Below are positions 1 through 12,790 of a stretch of 64,000 nucleotides of DNA, in pieces (position 1 is the stretch's first letter; the number at the start of each line of letters is the position of its first letter). A model generated the notes under the pieces. It was not told the origin of the DNA. It made no database searches and saw only the letters and a program-made list of their open reading frames with translations. The position numbers were made by a program, and so were the translations under genes. The stretch spans positions 170,128,001 through 170,192,000 of the forward strand of contig NC_042999.1 of assembly GCF_006345805.1 (NCBI RefSeq). The letters are read 5' to 3'. Source of the stretch: Octopus sinensis. Taxonomy: Eukaryota.

Positions 1-19
1 GTAAGTACCAGTTGGCCAT

Positions 20-1343
20 GGGTACAGTGAGGAATTTAGTGTACAGGGGTAGGTGTTCACCACGGCTTGGTTCACAGACCCCCTCCTATTCATCATCATC
101 CTCCAGCCATAACAGAGGAATTTAAAACTGGAAGACCATGGGAGCAACTATATGCTGATGACCTGGCCCTCAGAGCACAATCTGTAACAGAATTAGGAAA
201 GATATTCCAGGTGTGGAGACAGAACCTGAAATCAAAAGGCCTCAAAGTTAACTTAGCAATGACAAAGATCTTAGTAAGCAAGAAATCAGACAGGAACCTT
301 CACCCTTCAAATAAAAGGCCTTGCTTGAAATGTAGGAAGGGTGTAGGCACCCTGTGCAAGCTCTAGACACAGAAAAGGCATAGAGGAATAGTAGGAAGGT
401 TAACAGAAAGTAGTGTCTGCATGTGGGAGATGTAGAGAAGCCATAAAGACCACAAACACACAGGAAACTGATTTCCTCAAATGTCCTGCAGGCTCTCAGA
501 AAGTTGTAGATAATTTCTGCTACCCAGGTGACCAAATTAGCAGTGGATGAGGTGGTATAGAAAGTGTAACTGCTAGAATAAAAATAGGATAGAGAAAGTC
601 CAGAGAGATTTTAGCTCTGTTGGTAACCAAAGGTTTCTCTCTCCAGGTGAAAGGAAGATTGTATGATGCATGTGTATGAACTGCAATGCTACATGATAGT
701 GAGCCATGGGCCCTGAATGCAAAGGATATGTGAAAACTAGAGGAACGAAGCTGGTACACTCTGCTGAATGTGCAATTCCACTGTACAAATGTGACAGCGC
801 ATCAGTGTATTGAGAGAAAAGTTAGGCATAAAAGGAATTGTATATAGTGTGCAGGAGAGAAAACTGCACTGGTTTGGTCATGTGAGAGGACAGTTGCATA
901 GGTGAACGGATGAGGACAGCTACATAAACAAGTGCTGACCACTTAAAGAGGGAGGAAGTTGTGGAAGAGGAAGAACCAGGAAGACAGGGGATGAAGTATT
1001 GAATGCCAATCTCAAAATGCTGAAGTTACAAAGGTGATGAGAGAGGACCAAGATATATATTGCGCTTGGCTGTACTCAAGAAGACCCACCCACCACAACA
1101 GAACTGATAACCTAAAACCAAGGTGCCATGTGAAAACTACTGGTGCTGGGGTCACATAAAAAGTACCCAGTACACTCTGTAAAGTGGTTGGCATTAGAAA
1201 GGGAATCCAGCAGTGGTGATCAAGCAAAGACAGACTACGGAAGCTGGTGCAGCCACTGTCCTTGCCAGTTCCTGCCGATCCATCCAACCATGCCACCCTG
1301 GAAAACAGATGTTAAATGATGATGATGATGATGATGATGATGA
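20..1343 (+). mobile_element. 5'-truncated, decayed RTE-clade LINE (RT end, C-terminus, 3' UTR, (GAT)n tail)
   Basis: ORF 67..366 has EEFKTGRPWEQLYADDL...KGLKVNLAMTKILV (RT YADD region). Broken frames further on give KGRLY..HDSEPW and LHWFGHV. The element ends in the shared 3' UTR and a (gat)n run at about 1317-1343. Confidence 0.85.
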
Positions 1344-1923
1344 CAAACTATACTCTCTCTCCTGCTCGATACAAAAGTTTTGTGTTCAAGGTGCAATTGA
1401 GAGTTCTGATGTCAGCTCCATTTACAGGATAGTGAAAACAGTACTTATTTGGACTGGTGATCAACATTAGAGGACCTCAATAATGTGGCAAGCTGGCAGA
1501 ATTGTTAGCATGCTGGGCAAAATGCTAAGAGTTTCAATACTGCAACTTTTCAATTTTGAAACCTTTCTTCTTTTGTTTCGTTTTTATGGATCTGTTAGGA
1601 GGAAGAACTGCTCTCATGACCCTTTCCAGACTTCATAGGACTGGGGGCAGCGAGCAAGGAAGTTACCATTAGACTAGGTATTTGCCCTGAATGCTTTAAT
1701 AATTGAGTTAACTCTGCTAAGGTGCTACAGAACCAGGCAATAGCATCAAACGAAGAAACAAATTAAGATTACACTCCAAGAATTAAGTTACTTTATCAGG
1801 GATAAAAAAAAAAATTTATGAAACTTCAATAAAATGATTGAAATTAAGAAAAACACTGTAAGAAATTATATTCAAGTCAAGTAGTACATTGCAATTATTA
1901 TCAATACTAATGTAATAAAATAC

Positions 1924-2098
1924 CTCTTAACAAAGACATTATTGTGTAGGAAATTCTCAAAGAAGATCTGCATTTGTCTTTCAGACTCTTCAGTTTTATC
2001 AACTTTTTTATCTTTTGGACATTCACAACAGTTTTCATTCAAGGTATCATTAGTTATCGTTTCTCTTTTTTCTTCTTGTTTTGCAATTGGTTTTAACC
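1924..2098 (-). CDS. InR: Insulin-receptor-like exon: insert domain with CCEC motif and alphaCT
   Basis: 175 nt, ttacag|GG...AG|gtattt, phase 1 to 2. Encodes (R)LKPIAKQEEKRETITNDTLNENCCECPKDKKVDKTEESERQMQIFFENFLHNNVFVK(R), matching the IR/IGF1R CCxC and FENFLHNxxFV motifs. Confidence 0.93.
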
Positions 2099-2256
2099 CT
2101 GTAATAAAAAATTAAAAAAAAAACAGAATAGAATTAATTTAAACTGCAAAACACCAAAAAGAGTATTAATTCCATAATCATTCAGACAAAGATAAAGTAT
2201 AATGGTGAAGACAATATTTGAAATGAAATTATGGGTAAGGAGGTAAAAATTCTTAC

Positions 2257-2427
2257 GATTTTCACAATAGTCTCGAATACTGTAGTCTGCAACATTAAGA
2301 ACTTCAGACTGCCAGTAAACAAAGTAGTGATCTACTTCTCCTTTAGGTTCTTTTGGTGGGTCCCATGAAACTATCAGCTCTCCAACTCTCTTCGCAGTTA
2401 TTTTCAGGTTTGTTGGGTTGGTGGGAA
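2257..2427 (-). CDS. InR: Insulin-receptor-like exon: FnIII-2 N-terminal part
   Basis: 171 nt, ttttcag|TT...C|gtaaga, phase 1 to 1. Encodes (V)PTNPTNLKITAKRVGELIVSWDPPKEPKGEVDHYFVYWQSEVLNVADYSIRDYCEN. Confidence 0.93.
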
Positions 2428-3772
2428 CTGAAAATTAAAGAATAGGACAAGAAAATCATTAAAAAGCTTATGAAGTAATTTTCTGAATGTTAAAAAGTTG
2501 CAAGCAGATGTAAGTATGCATCAGATTTATGTACGATCTAGATGGTGCACCCCGTAAACAATATTAAATTGTGAATGGTGACAAAAGGACTTAAATAAAC
2601 TAATCGAATGATTGATCGATCAAATGATTAGTCAAACAATTGATTAGTTAATTTGCTAACTAACTGACTAAAAATAATGGTTTCAAACGTTTGCACAAGG
2701 CCAGTAATTTCGCTGAGAGGGAGAGTTAGCTGATTTTCTCAACCATAATATTTGACGAGCACTTTAGTTTATTAAACTCATAAGGATGAATGGTAAAGAT
2801 GACCGTTGCAGGATTTTAACTCATAGCATAAAGAGTTGGAAAAAAGTATTTTGTCTGGTATGCCAACTCACTTCCTTTTAGTGGATGAGCAGGGTTGATA
2901 TAATGGACTAAAACTTTAAAAGGGGCACTCCAGCATGGCCATGGTCCACCTACCAGATCCAGTAAAACTCAAAATACTCTCATAATACTGACTTTGGTAT
3001 GTATTTTACTGGCCTTAAGGGAAGAAAAAGTAAACTGATCCAGGTGGGATTTGAACTCAGAAGGTGAAGGAATGTAACCAAATGCAAGGTTTTACTTGAA
3101 ACACTTCTGGTTCTTCCATCTACCCTGCCCTACACACACAAGATTGAAAAGACTCTTTGGTGTGACAGAAAGATCCTTTAATGTGATATGACAATCTCTT
3201 TATATTGATACTATGACAAAATATGCCCAGAAAACTCCATAAAGTGGGTGTTTTCAAGGGTATCCAACTGCAGAAATAGAGCTAAAAGTTGACTGTTTTT
3301 GAGGGAAATGCCATCTTCTGTCCTGTCAAGGAGGGCAGTAAGTCTGAATATGAACTGGCTCAGACTGCAAGGATCCACCCAACACATGGTAGCATGATAT
3401 ATATATATAGTTGAAATTTATAGAAAAACAAAAGATGAAGACAGGTGTATGAGCAACAAGCAGGTGTATTAGATCAACGCTCAAGAAAATGAAAAAGTCT
3501 CTCTCTCTCTCTATATATATATATATAGTTCACAGATTAGATCCAGAGATTCTCCATATATATAACACTTAGTAGTTCTCAAAAGATTCAAACTTACACT
3601 CTGATGTCTTTACAAGGGATCATTCCACAAAGTAAGGAACGGCTATAAGAGGGATCAAGTTGAGCAGGTGTAGAGGCAATTAGATACATCAAATATATTT
3701 AACATATTTGATGTATCTAATTTGTTTATCTGCATAATTGTCTCTATACATACATATAGACACACACATATA

Positions 3773-4425
3773 TTAGGTTGGTAAAAAAGTGCGTAGCATT
3801 TTTTAAGTAAAATTCGTTAACAATAGTTAGATAGTTGCGCATACCTTTACTCGACCACATATTTCCCATTTTGTTCCACTACTTTTCACCATCTTTAAGG
3901 CAGCTTTATGATCCCATCTTCCCAGAACTTGGCATCTTTCTGAGTCATGAATTGGTCTAAGTGGATTCTACACTCTTTTAAAGAATCGAAAGTCTTCTCA
4001 TCAAGAGAATTTTGCAGGGATTGGAATAAATGATAATCTGAAGGTGCAAGGTCAGGTGAGTACCGTGAGTAGGGTAGGACATCCCACCAAAGCTGCACCA
4101 ATTTCTGCCAGGTTTGCAAAGAAACATGTGGTCTAGCGTTGTCCTTTTGGTTGGCCAATTCTGGAGGTTTTTCATTAATTGGCTCCTTTAATCAGTGGGA
4201 ACAATAATAGCCTGAAAGTATCTCATAATACACAATGCCCTTCCAATCCCACCAGATACAGAGCATCACCTTCTTTGGATACAGACTAGCTTTTGTAGAG
4301 AATGAAGGTGGTTCATCTCATTTTCCCCAGGAACTTTTTTGTTTTATCTTGTCGTAAATAATTAATTTCTCATCACAAGTAATCATTCGAACGAAAAACA
4401 CTACAAACTTTTTTTTACCAATCCA

Positions 4426-4426
<1 letters not shown>
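3773..4426 (-). mobile_element. Internally deleted mariner transposon relic
   Basis: ORF 3895..4158 contains DNARPH...YSPDLAPSDYHLF (mariner catalytic C-terminus). Imperfect TIRs ttaggttggtaaaaaagt / actttttttttaccaatccaa, each flanked by TA. Confidence 0.88.
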
Positions 4427-4456
<30 letters not shown>

Positions 4457-4499
4457 GAGTTGAATATAAGATATAGATTCAGATAATATATGTGTGTGA

Positions 4500-4544
<45 letters not shown>

Positions 4545-4548
<4 letters not shown>

Positions 4549-4960
4549 CGTTTAATGTCCACTTTCCATGCTGGCATGGCCTGGATGATTTCACTGAGGA
4601 CTGGTGAGCCAGATGGCTGCACCAGGCTCCAATCTGATATGGCAGAGTTTCTATGGCTGGATGCCCTTCCTAATGCCAAACACTCCGAGAGTGTAGTGGG
4701 TGCTTTTACGTGCTACCTGCACAGGAGCCAGTCCAACGGCACTGGCAACAACCTCGCTCGAATGTTGTTTTTCATGTGCCAGTAAGGGGATGCTGGTAAC
4801 AATCACGCTCGAATGGTGCCTTTTACGTTCCACTGGCACGGGAGCCAGTCAGCAGCCCTGGCAATGATCACACTCGGATGGTGCTCTTAACGTTCCACTA
4901 GCATGGATGCCAGTCAGGCGGTGCTGTTTTTGGCTACGTCAGCGAATTTGATTTCGATTT
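4545..4960 (-). mobile_element. RTE 3'-end-derived repeat copy
   Basis: Carries atcgtttaatgtcc..ccatgctggcatgg..ggatgcccttcctaatgccaa, the same sequence as the 3' UTR attached to RTE coding at 5784-6723. Confidence 0.8.
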
Positions 4961-5514
4961 CACTTGCCTCACACACCGAGATGAGTAGTATAAGAGATAG
5001 ATTCAGATAATCATGTGGCTCCTCATACAGACTCAGCTATCAGTCCACAAAGTAGTGTAATGCAAAGTGTTCATTCACCTCTCATACACCACATAAAAGC
5101 ACTCATGCCAGTGTCACATTAAAAAAAACCAGCTCACATATTAGGAAGGGCATCCAGCTGTAGAAACCAAGCCAAATTAGACTCAAACCAACTGCAGCTC
5201 TTCTGCTTGCCAGCTCTGGTCAAACCATCCAACTTACACCAGTAGGGAAAATGGACGTATGAGGATGAGGAGGATAAGATGTAGTTAAAATTTTAACTAA
5301 AATTAGATGCAAGTATGGTTGTGTGGTTATGACGTTTACTTCATAACCACATGATTTTTGGTAGATTTGGCCACTTTATCTAGCAGGTTGAGTTATGGAG
5401 TAGAGGCTCCATTGACAGAAAGCAGAGTTGCAGGCAGGTAAATGGCTCATCACATAAACTGGGCATACCAAAAACAAAAAGCTCACCTACAAACAGAGAA
5501 AGGGGAGTACTTAC

Positions 5515-5693
5515 CACCAGGTGTTGTTCTGAAATATTCAACATCACTCATTCCTGTTGACTTGGCTGTAGAGAGAGTATCAGTCTTTAAATAAGTGGCA
5601 TAAAGTGTCCATGGTTTAAGTTCATTAAGTACATGAAATTCTTGATTATCTTTATGCTCTTTACGGTCTTTTGGCTTTTGAACTGTTTTCCAT
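5515..5693 (-). CDS. InR: Insulin-receptor-like exon: FnIII-1 C-terminal part
   Basis: 179 nt, cccccag|A...G|gtaagt, phase 2 to 1. Encodes WKTVQKPKDRKEHKDNQEFHVLNELKPWTLYATYLKTDTLSTAKSTGMSDVEYFRTTPG; LKPWTxYA is an IR hallmark. Confidence 0.93.
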
Positions 5694-5783
5694 CTGGGGG
5701 AAAAAAAAAATATAAGATTATATACATACACACACACACACATAGACATAGACATATATAGATATATATTAAAATAAAGACTG

Positions 5784-6723
5784 CAATCATCATCATCATC
5801 ATCGTTTAGCGTCCGCTTTCCATGCTAGCATAGGTTGGACGGTTCAACTGGGGTCTGGGAAGCCAGAAGGCTGCACCAGGCCCAGTTTGATCTGGTAATG
5901 TTTCCACGGCTGGATGCCCTTCCTAACGCCAACCACTCCATGAGTGTAGTGGGTGCTTTTTACGTGCCAGATGAGTCTGGCAAATGGCCACGATCGGATG
6001 GTGCTTTTTATGTGCCACCGGCACGGGGGCCAGGCGAGGCTGGCAACGGCCACGAACGGATGCTGCTTTTTACGTGCCACCGGCACGAGGGCCAGGCGGG
6101 GCTGGCAACGGCCACGAACGGATGGTGCTTTTTACGTGCCACCGGCACTGGTAACTCAGCTGCAATTTCCATTGATCGATTTCGATTCTGATCCTCACTT
6201 GCCTCAACAGGTCTTCACAAGTAGAGTTTTGTGTCCCAAGAAGGGAAGGTATGCATAAGTGGGCTGGCTACATCCCATGTAGAAGGCCACAGGTTATGGT
6301 CTCACTTGTCCTGCCGGGTCTTCTCATGCACAGCATACTTCCAGAGGTCTCGGTCTTTAGTCATTTCCTCAGTGAGACCTAAAGTTCGAAGGTCATGCTT
6401 CACCACCTCGTCCCAGGTTTTCCTGGGTCTACCTCTTCCACAGGTTCCCTCAACCGCTAGGGTGTGGCACTTTTTCACACAACTATCTTCATTCATTCTC
6501 GCCACATGACCATACCAGCGCAAACGTCTCTCTTGCACACCACAACTGATGCTTCTTAGGTCCAGCTTTTCTCACAAGGGCCTTACACTCTGTCGAGTAT
6601 GAATACTGACATTACACATCCATCGGAGCATACTGGCTTCATTTCTTGCGAGCTTACGCATATCCTCAGCAGTCACGGCCCATATTTCACTGCCATGTAG
6701 CATGGCTGTTCGTACACACGCGT
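5784..6723 (-). mobile_element. 5'-truncated RTE LINE, comparatively young
   Basis: CVRTAMLHGSEIWA...RWMCNV and ORF 6302..6538 (RRLRWYGHVARM...GRGRPRKTW), then a 3' UTR with 62-bp tandem units and a (GAT)n tail. Confidence 0.88.
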
Positions 6724-6966
6724 CAATGTGGAACCATTTTAATTCTGTGTTACAAGTGTTTCATTACAATATGGGTAATGCATTTTATGAATATAAATTT
6801 TAATAATAATATAAGTAAAATACATTCATAATAGAAATATACATCCACGCAGAACATCAGCCAACTGGAAATCATCAGCCATAAATACAAAGCGATACAG
6901 AGATGTCCTTCACGTGGGCACAACTTTGACTATAATCCCTTCTGTATACTTTATATATATACAAAC

Positions 6967-6999
<33 letters not shown>

Positions 7000-8239
7000 G
7001 TTGAAAACATATAATAAATGCAGAAACAAACGAGAAACAAGCATAGCTGGACACCAACTCATCACTTACTTGGCTATTGCAATTTTGTGTTTACCCGTGG
7101 CACATGTTGCCAGGAATTGGGGAGCCAAAAAGGAAAACAGGAGAGAAAATGTACAAACAAGAATGTGACGCAGACAGTCAACATAGAAATGTGGAATAAA
7201 TGTGCTCCAAAACGAGACAATTAGTGGATGTACGACGGACAGAAGTAAACAAACAAAATAAGGCCTTAGGGCCAGACGAGGCTGAGGCGAAAATAGTCAA
7301 TGCTGTGGGAACATCCTGAAGGAATTTAGCAGAGACAGTGAAGGGGCAATAGAGTGGGAGATGAGAAAATGCTGATATATATATATATATATATACTGAA
7401 CTCCCCCCTATAAGTAAATCTAAATAACAGAAGTAATTGGTGAAAAGCAGTGTCTTTTTTGAAAAAATCTCAGTTCCAACTTTGATGTTGTTGGTAAAAC
7501 ATGTTCTTTGTCTATCTCCTTATCCTCTTGGAGATTTTGGATAAAATTATACAAATGAGTCGTTCAAATTTAACTAAATTCTATATTTTTATGCAGCTGA
7601 AGATTGCTCTACATTTTAAATTGATGTAATGATTGCATTGTCCAATTAAATGAAGTCGCATGAAACGATTGTACTGCATTACCTCTGGATATCCTTGTTG
7701 CTTATTTTGATATCTATCTATCTATCCGCTCAGTCAAAGTCGACTCTCGGTTACTCGTTGGATCAGTGTCCTCCAGTCAGTTCTATCCTGTGATTAAGTA
7801 TTGTTTCTAACTAGTTTTCTTTTGTTCACATATTATAAAACTCAAATATAAATTTAGCGTCTGAAGAAGAAGAAAGTACAATATTGCTTCCGTAAAGTGA
7901 TTTGATTCCAAGATCCTTTCTAATCAAGAAAACATTTTACCTAAGTTGGCATTGTGGTGGTAAGCCTGCCTTGAGTCTACAGTCTTACAAGATAGGAGCT
8001 TATCCTAGCTTCTGACAACATTTTGGCAACTCAAACTCCTCGACTCTCTGCTAAATGGGATGCCAGTCCATTGCAAAATTAACTCCCAACTGCTTCTGGT
8101 AAATTATTTTCAGCTGAATTGTCTGGACTATGTGATACGAAATGCTTTGCTCAAAGATACACCATGCCACCTGGTTTGAGAATTGAACTCAGGTAATGCC
8201 GACTGTGAGCTCAACACCCTAACCACCAGGCTAAACGTC

Positions 8240-8582
8240 TTCACTATGGAATTAATGCTTAGAGATTCTTCTTCTTTTCCGCCCTTTTTCAAGCCTAGAC
8301 AGGCTCATGGACCTAGTTTCCTGGTTTCTATGGCGCATGTGTTCCCCCCAGCTGGACAGGACGCCAGTCCATCGCAGCATTACTTAAGAAACAGGAAGAA
8401 AGAGTGAGAGAAAGTTGTGGCGAAAGAGTATAACAGGAGTCGCCACCATCCCCTGCCGGAGCCTCGTGGAGCTTTTAGGTGTTTTCGCTCAATAAACACA
8501 CACAACACCCGGTCTGGGAATCGAAACCATGATCCTCCGACCGCGAGTCCACTGCCCTAACCACTGGGCCATTGTGCCTCCA
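8240..8582 (-). mobile_element. tRNA-derived SINE
   Basis: The minus strand begins ggaggcacaatggcccagtggttagg (A box) and has ggtttcgattccc (B box), followed by a non-tRNA body. Confidence 0.75.
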
Positions 8583-8961
8583 CTTAGAGATTATTAGTAT
8601 ACATTATTTTCTCTGCTATATATATTTCAGTTGTGTCACATAGAATGCAGTCATGCTGGTGTTACAGAAATGCCCTTTGTGCCAGTGCTGTGTAAATGCA
8701 TCTGTGACAGTGACACATAAAAAGCACCAAGCACACTTTGTAAAGTGGTTGGCATTAGGAAGGGCCTCTGGCTGTAGAAACGTGTCAAAACAGACAACTG
8801 GAGTCTGGACAGCTCCATGGCTGACCAACTCCTGTCAAACCGTCCAGTGCATGCCAGCATGGAAAATGGATGTTAAACAATGATGATGATTGTGATAATA
8901 ATATCACATTCAACAGATGATTTTCATTATTTTAAAGATGTGCAATGATAAGTATACTTAC

Positions 8962-9015
8962 AAACTCTCAATGCAAAGGTCTTGTTTTTCAAAAAGTGGA
9001 ACATTTCTGTTGGCT
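8962..9015 (-). CDS. InR: Insulin-receptor-like 54-nt exon in FnIII-1
   Basis: atttcag|A...TT|gtaagt, phase 2 to 2. Encodes (V)ANRNVPLFEKQDLCIES(L), which aligns with human APYQNVTEFDGQDACGSNS and keeps the dimer cysteine. Confidence 0.88.
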
Positions 9016-9919
9016 CTGAAATAGATAAAAGAAACATAATTAAAATTAATTTAAGACTGTTTAGCAAATTAACATCAAAGCTGGAATGAAAACAAAAAAG
9101 ATTTTCATGGATAATGGCTGTGTAGTAAGAAGTCTGCTTCCCAACCACACAGTTTTAGGTTCAGTCCCACTGTGTGGCACCTTGGACAAGTATCTTCTAC
9201 TATAGCCCTGGACCAACCAAAGCCTTGTTACTGGATTTAGTAGATAGAAGCTGGAAGAAGCACCTTGTATCTATGTGTGTATGGGTGTGTGTTGGTGTCT
9301 CCTTGTTATGATATCACACGACAGTTATAAATGAGTATCACTGTTACACAATGAGTGTCATTCATTTCCAATATTCTGCAAGAACATGTCTGGCCAAGGG
9401 GAAATATTGCATTGCTTGGGAACAGGTGAGGGCTGGCAGTAGGAAGGGCATCTGGCTATAGAAAATCTGTCACAAATAAACTCAGCCTGACCCATGCAAT
9501 TATGGAAAAGTGGACATTGGAATGAGGATGATGGTGATGAGGCTACAAAGTTCACTTTGAAATCAAGTGGCTTTAAGTTCAGTTTCACTGTGTGGTAACT
9601 TGCGCAAGTGTCTCATACTATAGCCATGGGCCAACCAATGCCTTGTGAGTGGAATTCGTAGACAGAAATTGGGAAGGCTGTTCTTAATATTTATGGGAAG
9701 AGGTTGAATTATTATGAGAATAATGTAAACTTAGTGAAAGAGTTATAAGCAAAGCTGAAGGAAACCATGAAATATATATATATATATAAAACTATATCAT
9801 ATATAAGGTTAGGGAAGCTTCACTTAGACACGAGCTAATGTAGGAACCCCTGTACTATTGCACCAACTGCTAGGAAGGTACATCTTCACACTACACTGTA
9901 CCATCATTTAAACAATGTA

Positions 9920-9921
<2 letters not shown>

Positions 9922-10000
<79 letters not shown>
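9922..10000. repeat. (GA)n microsatellite
   Basis: Pure GA run about 35 nt from the donor of exon 10036-10162. Confidence 0.95.
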
Positions 10001-10006
<6 letters not shown>

Positions 10007-10035
10007 AAATAAATGATAACTAAATTTGAACTCAC

Positions 10036-10162
10036 ACTTCACGATAATATATAACATAACCAAGCATTTCTCGAGAATCATCCATTTCAAACCTGTTCCA
10101 TTTCAAAATTGCAAATGCTGAAGCAGTTGATATAATAGTGAGGTTCAAATTTTTGGTCTGAC
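10036..10162 (-). CDS. InR: Insulin-receptor-like exon: FnIII-1 N-terminal part
   Basis: 127 nt, attctag|GT...GT|gtgagt, phase 1 to 2. Encodes (C)QTKNLNLTIISTASAFAILKWNRFEMDDSREMLGYVIYYRE(V). Confidence 0.92.
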
Positions 10163-10559
10163 CTAGAATTTAAAACAAAGAAGAAAAATCAATTTTATTA
10201 TCAGGATGTAAAGTAATTCTTTAGAGGCATTATCTAGAATTATGTAAAATATAATCTATAAATAAGGTGAATTATTTTATTTTAGGACCAGGAGAAGTAA
10301 AAGAGTTGGGTGGAAGGGACTCTTTAGTCTGGTTTTGCTGAGAACAGAACAAACTCTCTTTTGCAGGTGCCAAAAATTAAACCTAATTATCAGTCTATCA
10401 ACACAGTGGTTCCCAGTAAAAATTGACTAAATTGTGATGAACTTGTTTAACCCATTCCAGCATGGAGAACAAATGTAAAAATTGATAAAAAAAATAAATT
10501 TTTTTCTTAAATCAAACACCATTACCACTGTCATTTTACAACTGTTTTCCCATGCTTGC

Positions 10560-12790
10560 ATGGGTTAGAAGAGTTCTCGGCAGTTTGCTGCATCCCAACT
10601 ACTTTTGCTGCCCTCCTTCATGACATTCAACCATCAGAGATTAGCTTCAGATACCTCTCATGTCTTCTTCTCTTGCATTTAAGTTCCTTTCACCTGGATT
10701 ACCTAGCACACTTTTATCTGACCATCCATATGCCTCACATGATCTTACCATTGCAGTCTGTTATCTTGCACATTACATTTGATTCCTTTCAGACTCAGTT
10801 TTTCTCAACACACAGTTCATCAGTTCTCTATTGTTCCTAAACACATATCTCACAGTGCATGCTTGGCTCATTTCTCTCCAGTTCTTGCACATCCTTCATT
10901 TTCAATACATATGGTTCACTACCATGTAACACTGCACTTTGTACTCAAGATCTATATAATCTGCCCTTCACTTGGAGAGAGAATCCTCCAAGCTGGCACA
11001 AGTAATACCAAGCCATTATCACTCTGTTCTTACTCCATTTTTTTAAACCTCCTCCTCCACTACTAATTAGGTCAGCTATGAGTGTTGTTACTGTTAGTCT
11101 AACTTTATTAGCTTGCTTGTGATTCTACTGCAGTTCTTGTGTACTATACTATAAGCAATTCTTACCGATTCTTTTCCTGCAGATTGAGCATGGCCATCTC
11201 CCAGATGGCAGGAGAGTCTTGTCTTTTCCCCTGCTAACTAAACATTTTGTTTTTATAAAGTTTCCTTGATGCTAAACTTTACTTTCATGTTTGGAATTTC
11301 TTCTCCAACACCTTAACAAATTAGCCATGGATATTAAGTCATCAACATAGAGAATTTACACCTCTCTCATAATGTAGAGAACAACAATAAATAGAAGGAA
11401 CTGAGAAATGAGCCCATGATAGACACCTATCTTTTTATCATAAGGATTCCAATCTACAGAAATCTTGTTAAAATGTTTCTCCAGATAAAACAAATACTAG
11501 TGTATTGTTCTTAGAAAAGAACTTCTGTAATTGTCTCTCTAAGAAGAGGACATCAATGGTATTTTGCCTGTTGTGCAAATTTAAAGTTGTCCCATAACTA
11601 TTTCTGTTACTACCATAACTTCATCCATTGGTTTGCTGCTACCACAGTAGTTGCTTCTCTCTGAAGTAATTTTACTTTTGTAGCAATTGATGATGATACT
11701 GTTATGCTAATCATTGAATATGGCCCCTTCCTGAACTATAAGTGGTTGACTAATTAAGTGGCTTCAGCTCTGCTTCACCAGTGATTTTTAGCAACTCACC
11801 ACTTTCATATCCTAAAAAGCTATTTCAACCATATAACTGTCAGCTTCACTAGCTGGTTCCTCAACTGGGTCTTCTTTACCTCATTTTGATTCATCTCACA
11901 CATTCTTTGCAAGCAATTACTTCTTGTAGGATCACTTCTGAGCATCTTTCATCTCATTGTTGTAAGAGTGATGCTGCTGCCATTCCAAAGACACCTTATC
12001 TTAGCCATAACTTTACTCATACTGATACACTACTTTGCAATATCGAACATCCCATGCTTCTGATTTTGTGAAACACTGGCAAACCACTTGCTTTGCCAAT
12101 GTGCTGTCTAGCTTCACTTCTAGCTGCTTGATACTCTTTTTAACTGCGCTCCATTTCCTCAAGTCTTTCCAAACCAGTCTTTTAGCTTTCATGACTATCT
12201 ACAGCAATATTCTGCAGGTGTATCACCTTTCATCTGGACGATACTTTGTTTCAACCGCAAATTTTAACTGGGACTCACACCAGGTTGTCTCACAGGAATT
12301 CCTAGTCGTTCTTCATATTTCAACCCTTTAACATTTAGATTACTCTGTCAAATGTATTGCTTATTTATTCACATTGTTTTCAATTAATCCTGGATTATCT
12401 TGTGGCTTTGAGATTTCGATCTGATTGTTTATTTTTAGACTGACATAGTAGGGTAGGTGTGACAAACTGGATCAGGCTGGTTTGAACATACAATAAATAG
12501 AATATTTGGCCCTGATACAGCAGGTTCAAATGCTGAAGGGGTCAGCCTCTATATCCACCTCTTTTTTGCCATATGCATCACCCAGAACCTCTCTGAACTT
12601 ATGTTTAGCAGCATCAGTTTTTAAACCTTCTCCAGATCCCCTTGCATATCTAAGTCCACATAGCACCTATATTGAGGTCACCAACAATTTGTCCCCATGT
12701 TTGATAGTACATTCTTCTCTTAGGGAAGTTTTAACATTCACATCTATCAGTGCATACTTTTTCCTGGTAAGTATGAAGTCTATATAGCTA
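10560..12790 (-). mobile_element. Heavily decayed RTE LINE (endonuclease, RT and C-terminal remnants)
   Basis: Fragmentary minus-strand matches to KGRLY..VLHGSE..LERNE (about 10850-11030), GVxxGS.S..LF..LYVDD (about 11330-11440) and endonuclease-like GDLN (about 12670). Many stops; boundaries approximate. Confidence 0.65.

Noticed and set aside
1-13. gtaagt at the window start as a plus-strand donor
   Set aside because: It matches the aagtaccagtt motif of the abundant SINE family (compare 36345-36360).
12723-12772. Plus-strand mini-exon (tag|...ctg|gtaagt) and the donor-like site at 19461
   Set aside because: The first lies within a decayed minus-strand LINE, and no coherent plus-strand gene model emerges.
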